Positions 12,844-24,800 of a DNA stretch of 64,000 nucleotides are shown here, one piece after another. Every line of letters begins with the position of its first letter. Position 1 is the stretch's first letter. The DNA lies in NCBI GenBank assembly GCA_965153285.1, contig OZ229118.1; one strand, written 5' to 3'. The notes beneath the pieces were generated by a model. That model saw only the letters and a list, made by a program, of their open reading frames with translations, was not told the DNA's origin and did not search any database. The translations under genes were made by a program, and so were the position numbers. Source of the DNA: Podarcis tiliguerta. Its lineage: Eukaryota.

Positions 12844-15800
12844 CTAGAAGTATTTTTAAAAGAAAAAGAAAAGAAAAAAACATATTGGAATTCCAGCTTG
12901 TGTTAAAGTCAGAATGTTTAATAAGATCAGCGTCATTGAATTTTACTATGAAATCACACTCTTGATGAACTAAGTTTATTGATCCAAGCTGAAGTTAAGA
13001 GAACAATATAAAAATATTGCCATCAACAGGAGGGGGAAAATTATCAGTTTTGGTCCAATATACATAACCGTATCAATAAATGTTTATTATGGGTGGTATC
13101 CAGTGGCAGAGGAGGCAGCAGAACTGGAAACCACTGTGTGTTTCTTTCAACTTCTGCACACAAGCATTAGAATCTATCAATTAAAAGCGCTGGTAAGATA
13201 AGCCACTAATCCCATTTCACAGCTGGAGTGTAATATAGAGCAATGCATCAAATGTGTGTAGATGACGACACAGGTAGATTTGTTTACTGGATGTACTATA
13301 GCTATTTAAGTGGCTCAACCGCACCATACAATCAAGATATGCAGTAACAAGCTTTTGTTTAAAAGTAGAAAATAAAGCAACAGAAAACATTTCACAGTTT
13401 CCTTTGATCAAAGATTCCCAATAAAAAATTCAAGAGTGATTTTCTCCCCTGTAAAACAAGCGTAGTTTGATGTACAGTGAAATAATAATGGATAGAAGGC
13501 TGCAGCCATGATAGCAAGTAATGCAGCAGAAGTCTGCACAACAGATAATAGGCTGCAAACCTACTCACGTGTAATAAGAATTCAGTGGGACTTTTTTCTA
13601 TGCACAGGATTGTGCTCTAAGTGTCACAGATAATCAGTGTGGCTAAGGAAATACTTGTCTGCTTTTAAAATGCAGCAGCCATCTCCAAATCCATACGTCC
13701 TTTTGTAATCTTGTGAAACTAGTATCAAGCATTTTCTGCTCTGAATAAATGCATAGTACTTTCTTCTTTTTAACCATTTTAAAAAATCTACCCTGTTCAG
13801 GCTGAAAATGGAATTAGAAATCATTTTATTCCATTGTTGTTAGAAAGTTACAGGCAAGCAACCTAACTGCCCTCTATTTGTAGCGACTGCTTTTTTATTA
13901 CATTTTCCCATCCCATGAGATGCGTTTGCTGCTGAAGTAGGCCGGCTGCCCGAGCTAATGTGTAATCACTCTAGCAGTAAGCAGCGTTTAGGGATAATGC
14001 TTCCAGAATCTCTGTCCTAAGAGTATCTTAAAACCTAGTTTTATATATAAAATATGTGGCGAAAAAGAATATGGTTCTCCATACCGCAGTATCATCTTCT
14101 CTGTAGACTTTAATGGTTTTATCGGCTTCAGCAGTAAGCAGCCTGCTTTCGGACTGATCAAATGCACATGCAAATATTCCAGATTCGCTGTCCAGTGATC
14201 CAGGCTGTACAGCCGCATGCACTCTCTGGAAGTTATACCCAGTTCTCCAGTCCCAAAGATGCATCGTACCATTGTCAGCTGAAAAACAAAATCAGTGTTA
14301 CACCTGCTTTACAATTCAACATACAGCCCAAATTCACTTTAATGTTTTTATTATAAAAAAAACCCCACTTACTCTATGTAATCACAACAGCACCATCAGC
14401 ACAACCCTATGCACATTTACTCAGAAGCAAACCCCACTGAGTTCAATGGAGCTTATTCTCCCAGGAAACATTTATAGAATTACAGCATATCAGTTCATCA
14501 ATTAGTTAAACCTGTGTTGATTTGCAAGTAGTTCTGAAGCAAGTATACTATGCTTTCAGATGATGCATGCACATGTCATAGCTGGCATCAGTTTAGAAGA
14601 GGCATTTTATCTTATGTAAGATAAAGGGGGGATGTTTCTTAAGATTGTGCTTGCCATCTGCAGCCTATACTAAAACACAGGTGCCACCATTTAGAAGGCC
14701 CTGCACCTCATCTCCATCAAATGTCAGATAAAGGTGGGATTTGGAACAAGAATTCTTCCAATTACCACCCTCAACATACTTGGACCAAGTTCGTTTATGG
14801 CTCTAAACCAGGCATCCCCAACTTTCAGCCCTCCAGGTGTTTTGGACTACAATTCCCATCATCCCTGACTGGTCCTGTTAGCTAGGGATCATGGGAGTTG
14901 TAGGCCAAAACATCGGGAGGGCCGCAGGTTGGAGATGCCTGCTCTAAACCAAAGCTTTCCAAACTAATTTTGTTGGTGACACACTTTTTAGACATGCATT
15001 ATTTCATGACACAGTAATTCAGTTTTACTAGCAAACCAGTGGTTTAACTAACCACTTTCTAGCCCTGGGAGAAGCAGGGAGCATTCGTGTGATGCCAACA
15101 CACTAATGTGTCAAAATACAATTTGGAAAGCTTTGCTCTAAATGTTAAAAGCAGTATTTTGAATAGTCTGGGACCCAAAGCTCTTTCAATGCTAGTGCTA
15201 TACATTTGTGGAGTCAATCAAAATGGATTGGTGACCTCTGAGCTATTCAGTGTTTCAGAACTGTCTGCATAAGTGAGCCCTGCAGACAGCATGTTACAGT
15301 AAATAATATGGAAAAAAAGAAATGTCCCTATTCAAGCTACTTCGACAATTCTCATTTACCTCCAGAAACCAGAACTCCATCTGAATTCACAGCTAGTGTA
15401 TTGATAATAGCACTGTGACCAGAAAGATTCTGGATAAAGTTTCCATCAGGGAATTTCCACTGTTTGATGTTATCCGGAGACCCAGATGCAAATGTGTACC
15501 TGTAACAAGGTATATGTTAGCAAGTATTGGAAGTTCAGTTAACCAAAGACTACTATATCTGATTAACAATTTAATTTACCACTTTCTTCAATAATATACA
15601 TTGTTGCAGTTGTTGTAGTTATAATATAATATTATTATATGTATTACATTACATTAACAGGAGAGGAAAAAACCTGAAAAAATCTTACTGTCTTGGGTGC
15701 AGTACTACTGCTCTTACTGATTTCTTGTGATTGGTTAAAGTGACCCGTGTTTTTCCTCCCACTAAGTCCCAGAGTCGTATAGTGGTATCATGACTTCCTG

Positions 15801-18800
15801 TAAATACAAAATAATAAGAACAGATTTTAGAAAGGCATGTGGATAGGATAAGTATCTGAACTGCCTGTATGTTAAAGAATCACATGCTCCAATTTTGTTA
15901 TACTTCCAAGTTTCACAATCAGAACTCTGCTCCTGAGCATCCCTGCAGAGAAGGCATCATCATATGCATCAATGTTATCTTAAATTGCATTTCAATGTCT
16001 TGGGGGGACTTAGGATTATCCAATAGTCAAACTTTCAAAGCGCCAAGGTACTTCTTTTCTGAAAAGTCCTTCTATCTGCTGTATACACATTTGTAAGTAA
16101 ATAGCTTCCTATTGGTTAGTGGATTACCACCAACACATTGTAAAAACTCCCACTGCTAGTTTCCAGTTGAAAATCAAGCAGCAAAATGGGCTACATATTC
16201 TACCATCTTCAATTCACAACATGGCTGCAAATCAATTGTTTTCTGGTTCTCAATATGTTTCCAAAGAGAGTCTGGGAATTGGAACAGCACTTTCCCTCCC
16301 CTATACTCCAGCTGGCTGTAACAGTGAACTGCTGGATATGCTGTATGCATTTGGTAAACAACTTCCACCATACCCGTGATGATCTGTGGTTCTGCCGCTT
16401 GACACTTCACTGTTGCCACAGCATTTGTGTGTCCTGCCAATGTATGCACGCTCGCTTTTGTCCTCACATCCCAAATCTAGGGAGGTTAGAATCAAATTAG
16501 AACAGATAAATGCACCATCCACCATCAAAACCAATGACAAAAGTATGTATCACTCAGGTCTCTCCTGATGTGGAAGGCCAACTCTTCCTCTGCTCACCTA
16601 TTAGTTCCAGTATTACTTGTTAGCAGCCTGGCCTTTCATCATCAAACTTCTCTCATCTTCTTGTGAACTTGAGCCCAGCATTTAAGAATTACTGCCCTAT
16701 ATCATTTCATAATTTGTGTATTCCGCAGTGGCAGATACCACACTGAACTGTAGCCAAAGCAATAACTCATAGGCCACAGGAAGCCTTCAAAAAATTTAAC
16801 TCATACAAAGGTATCTGTTACAACCCACCCTAACGCCCCTGAAGATAATGAAACGCATAAACTAGGATGGAAACTAAAGCTGTCGGCCAAGTATTAAATG
16901 TTCACTAAACTGCAGGCAGGCAGGAGGCATATATGCCTTGAAGAGCTGATTCACACATGTGACATTTTTCCTACGTTGTGACATTATTATTATTTTTAAA
17001 TGGGAATCAGACAAAAGAACACAGAATTGTATTTTCCTGTAGCAACACATTATTGACAAGCAGGTATGCACACATATATTCACAGCATATATCACATATG
17101 GTGGTATACCCCAATTTGCCTAAACAGAGACTATGTCCATGTAAGATACAGGGAGTGCCATACATTCCTGCTCAAAGGCCAAGTTTCAGTCTTCATAGCA
17201 TGATTTAGATCTGACCAAATCACATACCCTAAACCAGGGAGGGTAAGTAGAATTTGTACCTTTTGAAATGGAAGCCAAATTGGCAAGAGACAGGAAACCT
17301 ATTTAAGCATTATCTTACGTAAGAAGAGACAGATCAACTACATCACAGATATATGTGTTTTACTTACACGTGCAGTTGAATCTCTGCTACATGTTACAAG
17401 CACGTCTATTGTTGGATGCAAATCCAAGCCATACACAGCACTCAGGTGGCCATGGTAGTGCCTAATAACCTACACATCAAACATATTTCAGTTAAAATAG
17501 GATGCTCCATGAACAGGTAATCTTTAAATTACTAATAAAATTTCAGCTGCTGCCAATGTGCTTTGCTTACCTTATTATATTCAAGGTCCCAGCATTTCAC
17601 CTGTTTATCTTCTCCACAAGAGAAAAGGTATGGACTTCGTCCACTCACTATTACACCCCGAACTGTACTAATATGCCCCGTCAAAGATAGTTTCAGTTTG
17701 CCACTAGCAAGGTCCCAGATCTGAAGCAAGAGAAACAAATTTTTTGATGATCTTGCAAAAGTTAAGACATCAAAGACTGTTCATTTAATGGAGTCCAACA
17801 TCTCAAAGACCTAAGCAGCGTACAAAATTAATCTCTAAACAGAATTATAAAGTCTGAAAACTCAGTTTTTATTTAATTCCGGTTCCGGCACACTGGTGCA
17901 ACTAAAATTGTAGGTAACAGAAAGAAAGATGGGTAATAAATTATGCTGGCCATGAAACGCTTAACAGCACCTAAAATAGCATCAATGGCAGCAGACAGTG
18001 ATTTTTCAGTTCTTTGCTATCTCTTACCTTTATAGTTCGGTCAGCAGAGCCAGTAACAAACCACTGATTTCCTGGTTCTACTGCAATACATCTCACCCAA
18101 CCTAAGTGTCCACTGATAACCTGCAATTGTTATAAAATGAGATGGATTGTTATAAAATAAGACAGATTGCGCGGGTGGCGAGGCTTCAGACTGGCTCACA
18201 CCAATCAAAGCCCAGCTCTCATCCTCCACAGGGCAGGGAGAAGCCAGGAGGGAGGGAGGAGGTGTCGTCGCAGTGTGGGGGTAATGGCGCCGGGGGGGGG
18301 AAATGGCAAAAAAATGGCGCAGTCTGAACGATCACGCAGATCCAAGCGGGGATTCCAAGACCGTCCCAGATCTAGAGGGCAATTGGGCCTGATCTGGCCC
18401 GCGTGCCTTAGTTTGCTGACCCATGCTCTAGACTGCACTGGAGCAGGAGTGGGTGTGCTTGAGCCTAAGGTTTGAGCCTGCCAGTGCTTAGCAATCAATT
18501 TATCCTGAGATTCATCCTTGCAACTTATTTCCTACTTACTCTGTACAGCTTCCATGGGGGATGCCATTGTGGTTTTGGCATTGTCGGAGCCTTCTTTGCC
18601 ATTAATGCTGAATTTTTGTTCCCACCAGCTTCCATCATAGCCTATAAAAGGAACAGACATTTCAAAACTACACTCAACAAATATTCCATCCCGCCCCAGT
18701 AAGTTTCTGCTATCCTTATATGGTTATGCAGTGTCATTCTGTCACAACCCTATTCCCGACAAAGTCACTGTTAAGAATCCAATTTGGTAAATTTACTGCA

Positions 18801-21800
18801 TCTCCATCAAAGGCTTTCAATTAACGGGGCTTACCAGAGTCAAACCTGGAGGCTGTGAGCGCTCAGGAATTCCAGCATGTCTGTATATATCACCAACGCT
18901 AGAAGCAGTTCGATTTGATTCCATTCTGGAAAGGCAGGGGGAGTGGACGTGAGGCAGAGAAAATGAAGATACATTATCCTACAAAGTGTTAGCAGACTTT
19001 TTTTTCAGTTGCTTCTTTTCAAGTAACTGACAAAATCTTGTGCGTGTAAATGTAAAAAATACAAAAAGTGTCCTTAAAACAGTCCTGTAAGGTTGGTCAG
19101 CATTACTGCTTCCATACTGCAGATGAAGGGCTAAGGTTTTGAAGAGGCAGCCATTTAGGCTGCAAACCTAAGCACGCTTACTAGGAAGTCCTTCTGAATT
19201 GAACGGGACTCACTTCTGAGTGAACATGGTTAGTAAACTGCATGGTTAGTGGGTACAGGTGAAATCTGAACCAGGACTTCGTGGCTCACAGCTCAAATCC
19301 TTGCAAACTAGCTTTTACCGGAAGGTCCCGCAAAGACTTCACTCAAAAATGGAAAAGAACTGAACATTTGCCATTGTCTTCACATCACTCCCTAATCCAA
19401 AGCTCCCTTTTTCATCTCACCTCCACAGAGAGGTAATCAGAACTAACAAAAAAATGCTGATCAATTGTACAAGGAAAAGGGTCCCACAGTAATTCCAATC
19501 CATCTCATCAGACAACATTCAGTTCTTAAATTTCAGCAATATAGAAAAACAAATGAAGCTATATCAATGAAAAAACCCAAAAGCTCAGTTTCAGACTGAA
19601 CACGTTATTCTGTTTCCATTAATACAGATTTAAATAGCTGTTCTTTACACTGCATTTTCCATGAAAACTTCATCAGCTAAAATCATCAGTTAAAAACAGT
19701 TAATCATCGGTTAAAACACAGAATAATTTTACTTTTAACGGAATGTAATTACTTGGACTGAGAAGGTGGCAACGCCACAGCTAATGACTGAGCTGCTGAT
19801 TCACTAGGCATCCTCTGAATTTTAGTGTCTGCAGTCAAAGCCACTCCTTTTAAAAGAGAAAATACACACAGTTAAGACAAATCTTAATTACTTTTTGTTA
19901 CCAACTAAATCCTGATCAATCTATTCTTGCTGACAAAAGCCATCCCTCAAAACCTAGTCATTATTGATCATATGTATTTAATTCTACGGATCTAAGGATT
20001 TCAGTTGATTTAATTTTACCTGACTTTAACAGGGCTAAACTGGCTTTTAAAATTCAAAGAGTCCATTTTCTCTCTTTGGAGCAGGTTGAAACTATAGTTC
20101 TCTATAATGCAGGTAAAAAAATATAACTCGTGATACTCTGGATACCTAAGTATACTGGACAACTTGTAATGCTCTTTTGGACACTTTAGATACTTTAACA
20201 ACAACTTAAGCTCCAATGTGTGTGGGGGGGTGTATATATATATATAATTTGAGTTTAAATTATAAAATTCTTAGGTTAAAAGTGTTCCATGAGAGAAATA
20301 CTCCCTGTTAATTTTCACTAAACAGCAGCACAGCTAGATATGTTAAGGCCCAGAGACGCCCCCCACCCCGGAATGGGGGCAACACATCCCCCAATTTTCC
20401 AGGACCATCCTATCTCTTAGCCAATTTCCAAAGATTTAATAACCAAATGTCTAAGAGCAAGTGCATCTCCTTCATTTCAAGTAGTGATGGAATAATGAAA
20501 GATACTTAACGATTTCAAAATTTGCCCAGTACACTTCCACTATAACATGCAAGAACTCATTAGGTAGATGCAAACCACACTTCAGTAAACATTACTTGTG
20601 TAATTTGCATGTATAAGTTGCATCCAATTATTTTTGGTATTGTATCCTCTAACTTCATTAAGAGACAGTGACTATCAAGCACTGCATCATTAGTGGCATC
20701 TTCCTGGAGAAAATATACCGTATTTTTTGCTCTATAAGACTCACTTTTGTTCTGGCTTCTGAGATTCAGAATATTTTTTTCTTGTTTTCCTCCTCCAAAA
20801 ACTAGGTGCGTCTTGTGGTCTGGTGCGTCTTATAGAGCGAAAAATACAGTATATACTAAAATTGCACTCAATTTCACCCAAATAGTTTGCTCAAAATCTT
20901 ACCAGGTCCAGGGGGATATGGATGTGTCCCTGTTATCAAATATTCATCATCATCGCCTAAAGAGCAAGAGATTTGTTGATTATTACTTTAATAAATATTA
21001 TAGTAAACAGATAATTACTTGAATTCCTAAACACACCTTTGTACAATTTTCATTATAATTTGCACATAACAAGAACTGCTGGTACTGTTTACCTTGTAAG
21101 CACATGAATTATGCGCTGCTTATACACTTAACAAGAAACTTGGGAATTCACATTTTCCCACTCATTCTTCTGGCACAGTGGCATTTATTTCCATTTTTGT
21201 TTATTTGAGTATTATTAAATGTCTTGCATACTATATCAATAAACCATTAATAAACACAGTCAGATATAAATATAATTAATAATAACATGTTCTGCACTAG
21301 CAAGCTATACTTAGGATAAAGATCACCAGCTGCTACATCATGGCAAGTCACAGATCAGGCCATGTGCCAATGCCACTGTCAGATACACAAAGACTTTCTA
21401 TGTGAAAGAAGAAGAAAAACTTCAAAGTCTTCTGACGTGTTGTTCTATAAATATTTAATATGCACTTGCACATGCCAAGTCTTTGTCAACCACATGTATG
21501 CTGGGTCCATGACAGAAGAAAAGAAAAGAAAAGAAAGATAAAAAAATAATAATCCAGGGTCCTCATTTGTGTAACCACATTGTAACTGAAAGTGCAGCAA
21601 AATTCTTTCACTGCAAGTGTGGCCCAAATGTCTATACTCAGGTTTATACAATTATAATTGTAGCCATACCTTGATTCTGAAGATACTGCTTATGTCCATA
21701 AGAATCAATCACACCATGGGCACCCTTCTCTCGAGCATTTTCTTTCAATACAGGCATGTGAAGCACAGAACCGTATTCTGTACGAAGTTTAACGGCCATC

Positions 21801-24800
21801 TTTACTTTGTGGCTGCGTAAGAAAACACTTTAGTACTTAGTATTTTTGATGCACTGTATTATCATAACAAACTCATGCTTTAAGTAAGATATGCAATTAG
21901 GAGTTCTGATAACAGTTCTGATGTTCTTGTGGAGTTATATTGGGATGCAGTATTCTAAGTATTTAGATAAATAGTCCAGCAAACAGGAATGTTACTGAAT
22001 GTTACAATTTTCTAGATTTTACTACACCCTAGGTGTTCATAGGCCCTAGTTTATAAAGGAAAGCCCTCTATTTAAAGGGCTGCCCAGTCAAAATCCAGGT
22101 TAAGGATAAATAATTCTAAAAACGGAGAGCTAGGCCCTCCCCCTTCAACAGTTAGTACCTGGACTACAGGCTGAACAGGCACACAGATCACCTGGTCACA
22201 GTTATTCCCACTATAGTGAGATTGTCCTGTACTATAGTGAGATTAAGTACTGTATTGTACTTAATACAGCGCCATGCTTCTGAGACATAACTTCCCTTTC
22301 TCTCCTACCCTACCCCCTACAGATTTCAGACACTGCCCAGATGTGCTATAGAGGGTCCACAAACCTCCAGAACCGGTTTTGGGGGTTCCAGGAGGCTGCA
22401 GAAGGGGGATAGTTCTGCTCCACCAATGACATCTGTTCCACTGCCAGGAGGACACAGTTCAGTTTCTAAGTTTGCATCTGTATACCTGTGCTGGCATACA
22501 GTATACAAATTTTAAGCAAATCTGCCCCCTTCTGTTTTTGTTGTTGTTGTTTGATGATGCATTTCTGACTATGCATATCCCACCAAATATTTTTTGATAC
22601 TTCAGCATAAACTCAGTGGGTGATACAAACACAGGATTAGTTGGGTCCATAGCCGAGTTTTAACTTCATCCTCCATCACTGTAAACACAATCCAATGTTG
22701 ATTCTAAGCCCTCAAGAACTAGTTCATTTCAAAATGATACTGTGATACTATGGAATAGGGTTGCTGAGTAATGGATTAAGTTTTTAGACTGGTTTGTAGC
22801 TTCAAAAGCACCAATAGCTTACTGGCAATCCTCCTTACCTCCTATCATCCAATGATACTGGTTTTGCATTGTCAGCCACAAACATGTCATGAGTTCTTTT
22901 CAAAGATCGGAAAACAAGGGTATGCACAGAGTGCTTTTGTACTTCCTAAAGGGGAGAAAAGTTTCAGACACATCTTTAGTAAGACCTTTTTCATTAAAAA
23001 TGCTCAACGAACATTGACAAGCACTGACCCCCCCCACCCCCACGTCTCTTCCTCAAGTCCTTTGCACATGTCAGATAACTCAATAAGGTTCTCATTTCTC
23101 CTGATCTCTAGAGTAGACAGAAATCTCATACCCTTCTATCTGATTCAAACATAAACACTATATGAGAAATCAGCCTTCTCTCTCCCAAGTCAGAAGAGGC
23201 AAATGGTGAGTCTTCATAACTTGCCAAGTTTGGGAGTAGACAGAAGAAAACACAAAATACTTCTTTCAGGTCTAAAGTTCAGCATGATGACATGAGAGAC
23301 CTTTCCTTCCCCTAGAGCAGGGGTGGCCAACTCTCAAGAAACTGTGATCTACTTTCAGAATTAAAAACTGGCAGTGATCTACCCCCGTTTTTGGGGGGTT
23401 CAGCTCAAAGTTTTTATGGGTTAAAAATATAGCTTTTGGGGGGTGACTTCCATTTTTTGGGGGGTTAAAGACAAGAGACAAAGGGGTAAAGTCATTCATA
23501 AAAAGATCGCTATGAATGAAAACAGCAACACAAAGAAAGCTCCGTCTTACCTTCCAGAGATCAAACAACAATGGAGGGTGGGGCGAGGGTGCGGGGCAGG
23601 GGTCAGTTTTAGTGACGCTAAGGAAAGAGGGCCACGATCTAGCAAAACCTCGTGGGGATTGCGATTGACCTGAGCATTGTATTTGTAGCATTAAAATTTC
23701 AATGGGACTATTTTGAGCATAATTGAGTTGGATACAATTCACTGTGTTTAACTATCTACAGTAAGTATGTATGTACTTAATACATCTTTACTAAATAATA
23801 ATGTTTACTAAATACTTTGTTTTGGTGAACTTCTTTGGTATGTGTTTTTAGCTGCTTGTTAAAATTGTTATGCAATTCTAGTTTTGTTTTAATTTACAGA
23901 ATATAAAAGAAATGTGTCCTAGAAATAAACAGAAGTACAATAGCTACTAAAATGTAAAATGTTTTTAAAAATAGTTTGCAGTAGTATGTGTACTTAGAAA
24001 AATATAACCCATAAATGTTACTTTCACTAGTATTGTGATGTTCTAATTGAGTCCAAGAAAAGGTATTAGACTAACAGTACTTATGCATACATGGCTAGCT
24101 TGACTTTATTTTGTTCTCCTTTAGAACAAGTGTAGCTCACTTTCCCCACCCCCATTCAAAAAGAAGGCAAAGTACCAAAAACAAATGAGAAAAGGGAGCA
24201 TAGCTCTTGCCCCCATCCTAATAAGTACCTGTTTACTCTGCAACAGAATCTGCTAAGTGCTAAAAACTATGACTGAACTTTCCAAATGAAGTATTAAGTT
24301 AACTTTCTTCCTTTCCGGAGTGTCAAGATCAAAGACATTAGACTAATGCTTTGGTCAAAAGTCTGTTTTCCATCCTAGGGTGAACTGGGTGTAAATCCAA
24401 ACATAAAAGCTCTGCACTTCCTTTCTGGCAAGTCACCTTTCATATACATTTAGAGGCCAGAGTTCCCCTAAATTTATTGTCATTGTAAAACTGGATAAAA
24501 AACAAACAGAGTGAGGACATTATTTACAGAACATTAAACATGATCCATTAGCTTTCTGCATGTCCAGTCAGAGAACTGTTTCTCATTTTTTGTTGGCTCC
24601 AATCAACTATTACTTGCTTGGTTGATCAGGCTAGCATGCAAATGTTAATACAGAGGCCACATTAAACTGCTTTTTACTATTATCCTACACTGGGAAGCCA
24701 ATGTCAATTACACTGGTGGGTGATACTGGAATTTCCTACCTTGTTTATGTGACAAAGCAGCTATGACAAACAAATGATGAATAAAAGACCAAGGATCTGA

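Noticed and set aside
23272-23742. 156-aa minus-strand ORF in PLRG1 intron 1
   Set aside because: Lies over a degraded hAT-like repeat (CAGGGGTGGCCAAC end at about 23318); no domain, and the PLRG1 frame is complete without it.
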